Below, in pieces: positions 26,594 through 41,200 of a stretch of 64,000 bases of DNA. Below the pieces are notes generated by a model that ran no database searches, was not told the origin of the DNA, and saw only the letters and a list, made by a program, of their open reading frames with translations. The DNA lies in assembly GCF_001194135.2 (NCBI RefSeq), contig NC_068993.1:44257361-44321360 (forward strand). The letters are read 5' to 3'. The position numbers and the translations under genes were made by a program. This DNA is from Octopus bimaculoides. Lineage: Eukaryota. Numbering within the stretch: the stretch's first letter is position 1; each line of letters opens with the position of its first letter.

Positions 26594-26596
<3 letters not shown>
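26322..26596. mobile_element. Foldback/palindromic element
   Basis: 41-bp outer arms with 2 mismatches, plus 32-bp inner arms (26401-26432 and about 26484-26515). Confidence 0.8.
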
Positions 26597-26641
<45 letters not shown>

Positions 26642-29600
26642 CTGTTTATTTTTATTTTTCTTGACCATATTATACTGACGAGTAGAAGTTGTATAATACT
26701 ACAATAACTACGAAATCATGATCTATAATTTAGTTCATTTTTAAGAGGTTGGCTTTGAGAGTTGCATTTCCTTGCATTCGGTAAAGATGTGCTTTTTTTT
26801 ATAGTAGTCTGACCTTAGAGTCCCTCATGGCGTGAGGCGTTATTATATAGTAATGCCCTTATATAAATATAATATATATATATATAAGTTTAAAAAAAAG
26901 ACAAAAAACAATAACAAAAAACAACAACTTGAGGACGTGATACGGATAGTGTTATTAGACGCTCGGGAAAGGAAAGAGAAAGTGGCTTCTACTAACTTCA
27001 GGCCACAACCGATAGAAAGGATGCTCATGAAGCTGAGAATTTGATACTTCACAAACTATTGCTTAGTTTTGTGACCATCCATGAGACAGTTGTGATAGTA
27101 CAGAGCACCCTGTGAAACTCTGAGCAACAGATTGTGAATTTTCTTTTCCTTTTGGCTTTAATAAAATAGTATATATATTGGTTCAGGTGTGGTTGTGAGG
27201 TAAAGAGTTTGCTTCCCAACCACATGGTTGGGGTTCAGTCCCACTGTGTGGCACTTTGGGCAAAGGTCTTCTGCTATAGTCTTGTGAGTGGATTTGATAG
27301 ACAGAAACTGAAAGAAGCCCATTATATANNNNNNNNNNNNNNNNNNNNNNNNNNNNNNNNNNNNNNNNNNNNNNNNNNNNNNNNNNNNNNNNNNNNNNNN
27401 NNNNNNNNNNNNNNNNNNNNNNNNNNNNNNNNNNNNNNNNNNNNNNNNNNNNNNNNNNNNNNNNNNNNNNNNNNNNNNNNNNNNNNNNNNNNNNNNNNNN
27501 NNNNNNNNNNNNNNNNNNNNNNNNNNNNNNNNNNNNNNNNNNNNNNNNNNNNNNNNNNNNNNNNNNNNNNNNNNNNNNNNNNNNNNNNNNNNNNNNNNNN
27601 NNNNNNNNNNNNNNNNNNNNNNNNNNNNNNNNNNNNNNNNNNNNNNNNNNNNNNNNNNNNNNNNNNNNNNNNNNNNNNNNNNNNNNNNNNNNNNNNNNNN
27701 NNNNNNNNNNNNNNNNNNNNNNNNNNNNNNNNNNNNNNNNNNNNNNNNNNNNNNNNNNNNNNNNNNNNNNNNNNNNNNNNNNNNNNNNNNNNNNNNNNNN
27801 NNNNNNNNNNNNNNNNNNNNNNNNNNNNNNNNNNNNNNNNNNNNNNNNNNNNNNNNNNNNNNNNNNNNNNNNNNNNNNNNNNNNNNNNNNNNNNNNNNNN
27901 NNNNNNNNNNNNNNNNNNNNNNNNNNNNNNNNNNNNNNNNNNNNNNNNNNNNNNNNNNNNNNNNNNNNNNNNNNNNNNNNNNNNNNNNNNNNNNNNNNNN
28001 NNNNNNNNNNNNNNNNNNNNNNNNNNNNNNNNNNNNNNNNNNNNNNNNNNNNNNNNNNNNNNNNNNNNNNNNNNNNNNNNNNNNNNNNNNNNNNNNNNNN
28101 NNNNNNNNNNNNNNNNNNNNNNNNNNNNNNNNNNNNNNNNNNNNNNNNNNNNNNNNNNNNNNNNNNNNNNNNNNNNNNNNNNNNNNNNNNNNNNNNNNNN
28201 NNNNNNNNNNNNNNNNNNNNNNNNNNNNNNNNNNNNNNNNNNNNNNNNNNNNNNNNNNNNNNNNNNNNNNNNNNNNNNNNNNNNNNNNNNNNNNNNNNNN
28301 NNNNNNNNNNNNNNNNNNNNNNNNTATTATTATTATTATTATTATTATATTTTATACACTTAAAGCTTATAAATGATCACTGTGCCTTGACTAAGATAAA
28401 TAGTCTAATATTGGAGCATATGAGCCCTTGATGGAAAAAAGTAGGGTTTTCCGTACTTTTTTCTTTTCCTTTCCTACGTTTTTTTTTCTGTCAAGGGTTT
28501 ATATGCCCCATAATTAGACTATTTACCTTAGTCAATGCACAGTGATCACTTATAAGCTTTAAGCTTATAAAATATTATTATTTACAGAATTGTAGAATCA
28601 ACATTGTTTACTGCATAAAAATATGACTGATGTTGGTGCGTTTACATCCCTGTAACTTAGCAGTTAGGCAGAAGAGACCAATAGAAAAAGTACTGGGATC
28701 AATGCCATTGTCTTACCTCTCCCCTTAGAACAGCTGGTCTGGTGCCTAAAGTAGAAGCCATCGTTAAAAATGCACAGCTCTTTTTATTCAGATTAACTAA
28801 ATACATTTTTATTTTTATGATTTATATAAAATAACAAAAAATCTTGTAATGGAACTACAAGATGGATGAGTGAATAAGTGAACTACTGAATATTCTTGTG
28901 CCATTTCTAGGATAGCAAGACCATCAGAGAAGTGCCCAATGTTGGCAATAAGAAAGACTAGTGCCCGATGCAATTTTCACAGAATAAAATGATTCCTAAT
29001 TTTGTCTTGTCACTGTACCATACAGGAAACATGATACATCATTTGAAAATTTAGCTGGCTAAAGCTAAAATGTTAAACAGAAAAGATTGTAGATAAAACA
29101 GTAAATAGCAAATAAGTAGTAAAATAAAATGAGATAACATCAACGCTTTAAGTGTCTATAATTGGATTCAATGGCTTTCTAAGTTGTTTGTTCATTCCAC
29201 ACATATGAAGCACTTTATATATTGAATATCACACTAACAAAAACAGAATTTATACATAAGTCTAGAGTAGCTGTTAATTAATTAATTTAGCAACAGGTTA
29301 ATTGAAATAATTAGCAAAGATTTAATTATTTTTAGTTAAAACTAACTCTGACATTGGTTTGAAATTATTTAAATTAAGTCTAATTTAGTCCAGTCTGGGT
29401 TTGCTTGTTTGTTTGTTTGTTTATTTACTTATCTATTACCTATCTTTTACTTGCTTGACTCATTGGACTGTGGCCATGCAAAAGCACTGCCTTAAAAGGA
29501 TTAGTTGAACAAACCAAGCCCAATACTTTGTTTGTAAAGTCTGCTACTTATTGGTCACTTTTTTTTGATGAATTACTAAGTTGTCAAGCAATTGTCAAGC

Positions 29601-30628
29601 AGTGAGTGGGGAGGGCAAACACGAAAACACACACACACACCTTTCAGTCATTAGATTGTGGCCATGCTGGGGTTCTGCCTTGAAGGGTTTAGTTGAACAA
29701 CTAGACCCTAGTACTTATTTTCTTAATTCTTGATACTTATTCTGTTGGTCTCTTTTTACTGAACTGTTAAGTCACAGGGTGTAAAGAAACCAACTCTTTG
29801 GACATGTTTTATATTTCCTCATTCTATGTAACCCTTTGTGTTTTGTAATATTTTTCATCTTTGCCCTTGTGGCAATAATAATGGTTATTATTAATATTGA
29901 AATTGTAGCCCTTTTATTATTATTATTAGAACCTCCCAGAACCTCCTGGAAAATAACCATAGTGAGGGACATTCCACAGTTGAATTAGAACAGTCACAAA
30001 CAGTGAAAGAAGACATGCACCCAACACCAGAGCTGAAGACACCTCCGAAAGGAGGGGCCTCGCCACGTCAAAACGGTAGAGGAGTAGGGGCCGAAACCGG
30101 ACGTGGTTCCTCCTGATGATGTCTTGAGCTAACTGGATCCTATAAAGGAGCTGTTGTGGTAGCAGACCACGAAACATGGTTGAAATTCCTCCTTATTATT
30201 ATCATCATCATCTAGAAAATTTTAGGTTAGACAGAGCATAGCTAAGATAAAGTTTTAGCACAACAATAGAAATCTCTATAAATATCTCAATGTAGTTAAA
30301 ATATGGAAATCTATGAACATCTCAAAGTTTTAGCAAACATATAGAAATCTATCTATAAGCATCAACTTTTGAATGACAGAGAGGGCTGTTTCAGAGTCTG
30401 CATCATGATTGTCATCATTATCATCAGGCCCAAATTATAATGATGAAATGATAAATATCAATGGTAAATATTATGACTCACTCCCTCTATTAATTATAGA
30501 TGTCTGTGCATGTGACTGTTTGCATGTCTGTATTTGTATCCTTATTAGCGTGTATATAATATAAAATTGACATTGTGTAAATACCTTCCTATTCAATACA
30601 ATGTTCTTTTTACTAATAAACCTAAGAA

Positions 30629-30663
<35 letters not shown>

Positions 30664-32450
30664 CTTCTAATGCCCACACAATAGTTTACAATTGTATTGA
30701 GTTCTGTCTTAGCAGAAGTAGTACTTAGTACACTTATTGTATGTTATATATATGTGTATATATCATCATCATCATCATCATTATGTCCGATTTCCATGCT
30801 GGCATAGGGAAGCATAATTGAGTTACTCAAGCAAAAGTAAATTCTTTCCTTTTGATCTTCCCTACTTTTTATATCAATTCTATTGACATACATCCCTTAT
30901 CACTTCTTCCACCAGAGCAGCAGAAACCTGTTCAGTGTGTGTGAATGTGTGTTATATTTGCATGTATAGTAGAATCAATGGTAGGTTGTCAGCTAGATGG
31001 GTCTGCTACATGGTTTCAATTCCTAATTGAGTTATTGCACTCATTTTCTCCTGCAATTTCTAGCTGTGGTCAATCAAGATATGAAGACTAGAAGACTCAT
31101 TTCTGTGCGATCGGCTGATGATACAACACCCCTTATTCTCACCCTAAACATTTTTCTTCTACCCTTTCCTTATGTTTCTCAAAACATGACACCTTTTTTT
31201 TCTCCAGTTTCTCACATCAGTCTGTTTATATAAGTTGTTGACACTAACTATTGTGTAGGGTTCTTCCTGACTGTTTCTGTTCTGGCCTTGATCGTTGTGT
31301 AAGGGGTTGGCTCTGATTGGAGTGAGATTATTTGGCACAGCTGACTGGACATTCAGCCTGTTTTGATAACATTGCTTTAGCTCCAGGTGAACCCTGTTTG
31401 AGTAGACAAAAGATAAATGATTATTCTTGATGTAACTATCCCATCTCTTTAGGAATATCTAAAGCCTAGACTCCATTTTAAGGTAGTTAGTTGTGATTTG
31501 AGGGAGATATACCTGCAGGTTGCAGGGTTGGTTAATTTCCAGCATGTAGACCAACCATAGAGAGGCACCCTCATTTGTTTAATTCAGAAAAGCTGGTATC
31601 TAACGACTTAACTTGACCATGGGTAGAGTACAGCTCTCAAGTACTTAGCCATGGACAGAGTATAGTCCTTAAGTGACTTAACTATGGATATAATACAGTT
31701 CAAAGTGATTTAGCTATGGACAAAGTACACATCTAAGTCATCATCATCAGCACCATCGTTATCATTATCATCATTGTCATTATTATCATCATCATTGTCC
31801 ATCATCATCATCATCACCATTTCACTTTTTTTCTAGTCAGTATGAGTTGTACAGTGTTTTATGGCTGGATATCTTCCCTGATGCCAACCATTTTAGATAG
31901 CTTTTTCAACATGCAGAGTTATGGTATACCCAGACAGGGTACTCACATTTGTGTAGGAGGTAGACATGACCTCTACCCACTTATCAGCCTCTCAGATGGT
32001 TGTTCACTCTTCAACCTGTCTGTGATTCTCATTAGACTTAATGAGGCCGATCAAACGTAGAAATGGAGAAAGGAAGAGAAAGAGGCAGGAGAGTGAGGGA
32101 AGAGGGCAAAAAAATGCTGGCTGGCTAACTTAAATAACTTTACTCAGACCTCTCATGAAAACGCATTAAAAACTGTTGATTGTACATTATTATTCCAGCC
32201 AAGGTGAATTACAATGAAACAAAGAGGAATCCAAATAAATGGAATGGTTGGCCGGTTGTCAGTGTTAGGTAGGGTTAGGTGTTGATAATGATGGTGGCAG
32301 TGGAGGTGATGGTGATGCTTGTAGTGGTTGTTGGCTTTTGGTTCTTGTAGTAATGGAATTTGCTTAATCAATAGTCACGTTATATTCATTATGAATGTAG
32401 GAGGTAATCCTCCATTTCTCTCTTTATTCCGTCTCTCTTCCCCTCTTCTT

Positions 32451-32491
<41 letters not shown>

Positions 32492-32506
32492 ATATATGCA
32501 TGTGTG

Positions 32507-32538
<32 letters not shown>

Positions 32539-34044
32539 TAATACACAAAAAAGCTCACACCCTAGGCACACAAACTGAATGTGATTGATTTGGTGTTTGT
32601 TTTATAAGTTAATCAGTTATTTGGGTTTAGGATTACACCAAGAGACTANNNNNNNNNNNNNNNNNNNNNNNNNNNNNNNNNNNNNNNNNNNNNNNNNNNN
32701 NNNNNNNNNNNNNNNNNNNNNNNNNNNNNNNNNNNNNNNNNNNNNNNNNNNNNNNNNNNNNNNNNNNNNNNNNNNNNNNNNNNNNNNNNNNNNNNNNNNN
32801 NNNNNNNNNNNNNNNNNNNNNNNNNNNNNNNNNNNNNNNNNNNNNNNNNNNNNNNNNNNNNNNNNNNNNNNNNNNNNNNNNNNNNNNNNNNNNNNNNNNN
32901 NNNNNNNNNNNNNNNNNNNNNNNNNNNNNNNNNNNNNNNNNNNNNNNNNNNNNNNNNNNTAAATTAGGGCAGATAAACCCCACCTTGGTACTTGAGAAGA
33001 CCTAGTTAAGTGTTCCAGCTATGATCATTCAATCTTTTGTTGCAGACAGTGTATCTAGATCTTCATTATTTTATCTTTCTTCGTTCTCTCTTTCATTTTG
33101 CTTTTTAATTGTTTGAAATGCATATGAGTGAGGGAGACTTGTTGCTATTTCTAGTGAACTGAATTATCATGTAAAGATTTCCCTGTTGTTGCTTAAACTC
33201 AGGTCAGCTCTGATCAAACACTTCTATGAGCAAAGACATTCCAGCCATGACCGTTTCATTTAGATTTTGTCAGTTGGTTTTTTGTTATGTTATTGACTCT
33301 CCCTCCCCCCTCTCTCTCTCTCTCTCTCTCTCTCCCTCTCTCTCTCCCTCTCTCTCTCTCTCTCTATCTGATGTGTGTGTATATGTTCTTATTACTTTTA
33401 GAAAACTTTTGAATTTTTTTTTCCTTTTTGATGAAGAGACTTAAAAACATTGAATATTCTTGTCTCACTCACCCACCACCACCATTATATAATAATATGC
33501 TAACCCAAATTTATGAACATTACCAAATTATCTTCACTGACAGGCCAATACTAGATTCATTGACCTCTGGTTTATATTTACCCAGTATTCTTAGGAATAT
33601 AAACTATCTATTCAACTATTTGTCACTCCCCTCCCTTGTTTTACAATAGTATGTGACACTTTGGCACAGACGTTTTGGCACTGCCTATTTGGTGTTACTG
33701 ATTCAATGCTCACTTATTTGACATCAGATGTTTTTAATGTTTCTCTCATTCTCTTCTTTTTTCTCACTTTCCATTTATGTGTGTGAGCCTCTAGTTATTT
33801 TTGTATATAAGCATAATGTGTCTCTCCTCCATTCTCACTATCTCTGTATCTATATATTTCTGTGCATGTGTGTGTTTGCATACAGTGTGCCAAAATATAG
33901 TCACCAAAACAGATTGAACATCCAGTCAGCCATGCTAAATAATCAGTGTCCAAACAGCAGCACCCAGTTTTGTCGTGTTTTGAATTTATTATAGGAATAA
34001 ATGCTGCAATAACAACAGCAATAACAATATTAATAATTATTATG

Positions 34045-34078
<34 letters not shown>

Positions 34079-36274
34079 TAATCAATTATATTAACCCCAT
34101 TGTTTGATTGGTACATTACTGAAAATGTGAAAAGCAAAGTCTACTGCAGTAGGTTTTGAACTAAGAATGTAGAGGAATGAAACTAAATTTTGGAAGTCTG
34201 ACACAACACACTGTGTCCACAATAATAATTTGTTAACTGGCATTCTATTGCTTATGACAACAAGGGTTTCAGTTGATGTTATCAGTGGAAGAACCTGCTC
34301 ATGAAATTAACGTGCAGGTGATTGATCACCCCACAGACACATGTACCCTTAATGTAATTCTTAGGGAGATTCAGTGTGACACAGAATGTGACAAAGCTGG
34401 CCCTTTAAGATACTTATTTTTGCCAGCTAAGTGAACTGGAGCAACATGAAATAAAGTATCTTGTTGAAGGACACAATGTGTCACTGGGAATCGAACTTGC
34501 GACTTTACGATTGTGAGCCAAATATCCTAAACACTAAGCCATGCACCTTTGCTAATAATTTGTAATATAGATGCAACCATGGCCGTTTGGTTGAGAAGTT
34601 TGCTTCTGAACTAAGTGATTTTGGTGTTAGTGCCACTATATGGTGCTTTGTGCAAGTGTCTTCTACAATAGTTCCAGGCTGACCAAGGCCTTGTGAGTGG
34701 ATTTGGTAGACAGAAACTAAATGAAGCCCATATGTTTGTGTGTACCCATGTTTTGACATTGTGTGATGGTTGTAAACAAGCAATTCTGTCACACAAGTAT
34801 TGTTGTTCATTCCAAGTCTTCCATGGAAAACCTATCTGGCCATGAGAAAATATTAACTTGCTTGGAAATAGGCGAGGGTTAGCAACATGAATGGCATCTG
34901 GCCATAGAACATCTGCTGCAACAATTTCTGTCTGAGCCATCCATATTTCCATGTCAAGCATGGAAATATGGATGTTAAATGATGAGGCTGATTATGATTT
35001 TCAGAGCTAAAAATTTGAAGGCAAGGGAACAGTTGACAAAATTTAGCATTATTTAAAAAAAATTTCATCCTTCACAGGTCAGTTTTTCAAAAAACTAGAG
35101 TAATTTCAAGACAAAAAGAAAACCAACAACATTTAGTTTTGGTAATGTTATCGATTTGCAAAAACATCTCTAGACAGAGACTGGATACCGCACCTGTTCT
35201 GCTATATTGTAATTTCTGGTTCTACCAGGTTGATAAGATAAATACTACGCTGGTATCCAGAGTTGATTTAATTGATTACACTTTAATTCCCCCCAACAAA
35301 TTTGTGGCTTTATGCCAAAGCCTTAAAAAAATAATTAAATAAAGTAAGTTTGATTATTTAGTAAATGTTTCTGATACTATCCCACTATTGATAGAAGTGT
35401 TACAATATAACAATTACTTATTCAATGGAAATTCATTTCCATTTTTAGAATAAACATATGTTTTGTATTGAGGAATGTAAAAAAAAAAATAGAAAGGTAT
35501 GAAATATTTTTGTAGATTCTAAGGAGAAGAAATATCAATTGTTTTAAGCAAGTTGATTCCCATTCAATCTCTCGGAAAAAAAAAAGTAAAAAGAAAGTGA
35601 CTGGGGTGGGGAAGAGGGTAGCAATAATTGTCTGATCTTAAACTTTCCCTTATTATTATGAAGGTGGTGAGTTGGCAGAATCATTAAAACACCAAACAAA
35701 ATACTTAGTGGTATTTTATCTGTCACTACATTCTAAGTTCAAATTTCACTGAAGTCGACTTTGCCTTTCATCCTTTCAGGATCAATAAAATAAGTACCAG
35801 TTAAGTGCTGAGGTCAAATGTAATTGACTTACCTGCTCCCCCAAACTTATTGGTCTTGTGCCAAAATTTGAAATCATTATTTTTAGGTAATGAGCTGGCA
35901 GAATCAATAATCACAAATTAGTTGGAGAGAATAAAAGTAAATTTGGTAGAAAGAAACAGAAAGAAGCTCATTGTGTGTGTTTACACATCTCTCCTTGAAA
36001 TGATGACCTTGTGCCAACATAAGCAATCACCAGTATACATTCAGTTTATTTACTTTAATTGTTCTTGATTGGAATGACTTCTTCCTTGATGAAAACAAAC
36101 TTTTGATGCAAAATTATACACATACACACACAAACATACATTCACACACTGACAGCTTATGATTGCCCATCAAATCCAATGCCTTTCATCAACCATCTCA
36201 TGTTTCATTTGTGAATTCCTTCATGATCCCAATCTTTGGTGTTCAGCTTCATTCACAAACCTGGAATTACTTAG

Positions 36275-36483
36275 TAATTGCTGACAAGTTCCTCGCTTTG
36301 GGTAAAAGAAACACAGGAGAACCAGTTATGATTTTATTAACATAGTCCCCTCTCAGACTCGCACACTTATTGCAGCAGTCTTTCAGTTTTTCTAAACCCT
36401 GTAAAAGAACTCGGAAGGTTGAGCCCCCAGCCAGGCCTTTCATGATACCCTTAAAACCAGGAACTTTCCAGCACACCCTCGTG
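36275..36483 (-). mobile_element. Mariner-derived MITE
   Basis: TIR cores gctgacaagttcct and aggaactttccagc. The minus-strand peptide GLEKLKDCCNKCASLRGDYV resembles the mariner transposase C-terminus. Confidence 0.7.
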
Positions 36484-36707
36484 CATACATACCTTTATTT
36501 CTTACCTTTCCTGATAGTGACTGGGTATGTTTTTTTCTCCATATCTTCAACACCCCTACAACTATGAGATTATCAAAATGAATGGCAAGTAGTCTTCCAG
36601 TCTTCAAGTGATCATCATAGTGTAGCTGATTGTAAAGACTCTTAAAGAAGACAAGAGTCATGCACTAATGCATGTACATACATATGCCCTAATGCAAGCA
36701 TTAATGC

Positions 36708-36828
36708 ATGTTAGAGCTGAAACATGGAAAAGAAACATTTTCTCACAATGGATTTCTGTACATCTTTGACAAAGTAAAACTGACAGTAAATTTGAATTTT
36801 GGTACTATGAGCAGAAAGATCAGAGAGA
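36708..36828 (+). mobile_element. FLYWCH-like (MULE transposase N-terminus) fragment
   Basis: HGKETFSHNGFLYIFDK, then after a frameshift SKTDSKFEFWYYEQK; truncated by a gap. Confidence 0.5.
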
Positions 36829-37280
36829 NNNNNNNNNNNNNNNNNNNNNNNNNNNNNNNNNNNNNNNNNNNNNNNNNNNNNNNNNNNNNNNNNNNNNNNN
36901 NNNNNNNNNNNNNNNNNNNNNNNNNNNNGGTGGTAGTGGGGGGTCCATGCAAACAAAATAGTAAATTGGGAATTCACAATAATTATTTTAAGGGTGTGTT
37001 TAAATTTTACTTTAGAAAAATTTATTGCAGGAAACAGCTAGATTTCTTTCCCTATTGTTTCACATAGGTGCAGGAGTGGCTGTGTGTTAAGTAGCTTGCT
37101 TACCAACCACATGNNNNNNNNNNGCTGTGTGGTAAGAAGCTTGCTTCCCAACCAAATGGTTCTAGGTTCAGTCACATAGCGTGGCACCTTGGGCAAGTGG
37201 CTTCTACTATAGCCTCAGGCTGACCAAAGCCTTGTGAGTGTATTTGATAGACAGAAACTGAAAGAAGCCCGTTGTGTGTA

Positions 37281-37311
<31 letters not shown>

Positions 37312-37544
37312 GTATGTATGTATGTATTTGTGTGTCTGTCTTTGTCTCCCCCACCATCACTTGACTACTGTTGTTAGTGTCTTTACATCCCAGCAACCTA
37401 GTGGTTTGACAAAAGAGACTGATAGAATAAGTATTAGGCTTACAGAGAATAAGTCCTGGGGTTGACTTGTTTGAGTATAGGTAGTGCTCCAGCTTGGCTG
37501 CAATCAAATGACAAACAAGTAAAAGAATGTATATGTGTGTGTGT

Positions 37545-37584
<40 letters not shown>

Positions 37585-38264
37585 CAGGCTTCTTTCAGTT
37601 TCTGTCTGCCAAATCCACTTACAAGGGTTTGGTTGCCCTGAGGCCATAGTGGAAGACATTTGCCCAAGGTTTCACAGAGTGAGACTGAACACAGAACCAT
37701 GTCATTGGGAAGCAAGCTGCTTACTATACAGCCACACCTATATATATAATGAATTTTAAAAATTATAGGTAAAAAAAAAGGGATTTAACAACTGCTAGAG
37801 GCTTCTGTGGGTGGTGTACTCAGTCACTTTTCCTTACCTATTAAATACACACATTAAACACGATTTCTTACATATAACAATTGCTTGCATTACCGGTTGA
37901 CACATCAACTGTTGGTGATCGGATATGAGTCAGAAGTGTGACACAATTCTCTGGCAAGTGAGGGGAATGCGTGTGTGTGAGTGTGTGTGGGTGGGAGGGG
38001 GGAGTGGTGATAGTTGTAGGCTAGCAAGCCTAAGACTGAAGACCAATTTTGGGGCTTGTGTTTCTAATAATCTCACCTACTCCTGCACGAAAATATAGTT
38101 ACCATACAATACAGGTATAGGATTCAAATGTTGATTTAAACATTGAGACTGAAATACCTGAAAATGTGTACTGCATTGATGCAAAATACTTTGTTTGTAT
38201 GTACATACATGTGTGTGCATGCATCTGTGTGTGTGTATACATACATACATACATACATACATGT

Positions 38265-38296
<32 letters not shown>

Positions 38297-41200
38297 GTAC
38301 ATAGTCACCTAAGAATCTGTAAGTCAAAAAAATAGGCAATCATGTTTGTCAATAGCATGGGTATATTAATCAAAATATTTAGTATTATGGATCCATTGCA
38401 GCTAATATTACCAATTAGTTTTACAACAGATGTTAGACTCACTGCATCAAAACAGCCTCTATAGCGCTGGTGTCACCAAATAAATGCCTCCAGTATACTG
38501 TAAAATGATTGGTGTCAAGAAGGGCATCCAGCTATAGAAAACATGATACAAAAATTTTACTTTTGAATCAGTTGTATTAACTAAATTTGCCAACTAAAGA
38601 CTATAAGGCTATGATAATGATAAATGAAAATTTTCCACAAAAATCTCCTTGTATTCTAGGTTATCAGATTAGCCATTAATTACATCCTCATTCCTCATGT
38701 TTAATTCCACTCAGAGAAATGTCTGTGCCTACTAATAACTAATGCTTATCTTGTGTTATATGTCACTCTGTTTATATTACATGAAAGGTTTCTTGCGTCT
38801 CTCAAAGAATAATACTGTTAATTAATGCTCAGTTCCTACACTCATGGAAATCTATAATGGCAATCAATAACTTAAAAAAGAACTACTATGGCTGCTATTG
38901 AAAGTGAAGTACACAAACATGTTATTTATCATTGAAATGTGGCTGTAGTCAGACCACTTTTAATTAAAACGGCAAGTCTGTAGCATTTTTTTTTCTTGGT
39001 CTCGAAATTCTGTCAAAAACATTATTGCACAGTAGGAATGGAGGTTTATATAGTAGTTGGTGACTATCAAAAAATGGTGTCATTTTTTTTCTTAGGCCTT
39101 GTGAGTAGATATGGTGAAAGGAAACTGAAAGAAGCTTGTCATGAGTATTTGTATGTTGATGTATGTATGTATGTATGTACCTGCGTGTGTGTTTGTTTAC
39201 TACCACTACTTGACAACCAGTGTTGGTTTGTTTGTCACCATCACTTGGCATTTTGGCAAAAGGGACCAATAATTTTAAGTACCAAGCTTTAAAAACAAAA
39301 TAGGTACTGGGGTCAATTTGTTTGACTAAACCCTTTAAGGCAGTGCCCCAGTATGGTCGCAGTCCAGTGACTGAAACCAGTAAAAAGGTAAACAATTTAC
39401 TCTAGTAACTAATCAGAAAGTTTGGTATAAAACACTAAACAAGATTTTAAATGACTTTTGGTGGTGATTAGAACTCGTACTGTTAAGAAAATCCTACAAA
39501 ATCCTGGATCCCTTAATGATACTCAAATGCACTATTGGGTGATTTTTGTAGTGTTAATTCTTGAAGTAATTTCTGGAAACAACTCTCATCTCTTTGCTAC
39601 ATTGGAATTATAAAGTGATGTATTTCATTTGGCTGTGAAATCTTCAACTGATGTTTAATCTAGGGTGATGGTTAAACATTTTTAGATGTGACACAAATCA
39701 TAATTTGATGCAGCAATGCTACCATTGAGAAGCACATCAGATTTGTTCATCCTCTTGACTACATAAGCCAACTTAGCTTTCCTTGCATAGAAAGGTTCTG
39801 CTAATGAAGTAGATTCTTTCTATTATCTGCATGAGATACCATCAAGGGGTACCGTGAATAAGACTGAGATTAGATATAGCTTGAGTTGTACCAAAAGTAT
39901 CACTATTCCTGATAATCACTTTGATATATCTACCCTGACTCCTGATGGGGTATCTACTAAATAAATCCCATTAAACACTACAAATTAAGGAACTGTCTTT
40001 AGATTTTGTTCCATTTTGGTCTACTTTACATTAAAAGACTGTAAAATATGGTTGCACTTAAACATCTTTGCTGAGTTTGTTTCTAAAAGTTTGTTTCTAA
40101 AACCACATGATTTGCCTGCTATGAATCTCCTTTTATCAAATATATCACAAACTGGCTGTCATCCATGTTAACAGTTCTCCCATTGAATAAACCTTCTCCC
40201 ATTGAATATTTCTTATTTCTTGTAGCTGGCCTGTCAATCACATAGCAAGCTATAAATCTGCTATACTCTCCCAGGGTCTTAGGCAGAAACACTGAATACT
40301 GGCATTTATCTCTGATTTCATGTTACTAAATCACTAATCAGAATATGAATTTCCTAGTCCTGGATAAGATACAAGTCTGTGTGTAACAATATTCCTTGAA
40401 ATTTATTTATCTGTAGATTGGTGAATTGAGACTTTCTGAAATTAAATATATTGTACAGAGATATATCCATGAAATGACAACAAATGATTTCTATTTATTT
40501 TTCTTAAATAAGGTCAGACAGAGCAGTATTGAATGAAATATATTCATGTAAAGTCATACTCAACATGTTCAAGAGCATTCAGATGTGAGAAGACTTTCAC
40601 TGCAGAGATAATCCAAAGACAAAAATTTTTCCTCTTAGATATGTGTGAAAACAAAAGATGGGCTGTGCAACATTATGTATTTAATTCTAACTTGACCAAG
40701 CTTTGCACGTATCAACATATATTCTATATGTTGTTTTAATAGGAATAATTGTTCTTAGCAGGTTGTGAGTGATAGATTTGGTTTTTTAACCAACACAGGA
40801 AACATGTCATAAGATGCACCAGAATTCATGTGTTGCTCTTTCAAAAAAGAAAAAAAAAACAAACAAAAAAAATGTTTCCAAACACAATTTGGTGGTTTTC
40901 TCCCAGGTCTATTTTCAGTGAAAGTTCTTATTGTCCAAATACACTGAAACATATTGAATATGATTTTATATGAATATATTTTATATTCTATTTAATTCTA
41001 TTATACTATTTAATTCTAACTTGACCAAGTTGTACACACATAAACGTATGTTCTGTATGCTGTTTTAATAAAAATAATTCCATTCTTATCTAACTGTGAG
41101 TGACAGCAATGTTGATTGTAGCTAACAAAGTGAAATGGCACAGAAATGCATGCATCCTATGATCCAAAGATGTCATTCACAGCCCTTATGTGTTTTCACA

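Noticed and set aside
30381-30430. Minus-strand CTGATGA...GAAAC
   Set aside because: The spacer is (CAT)n sequence; there is no stem II and no UH cleavage site.
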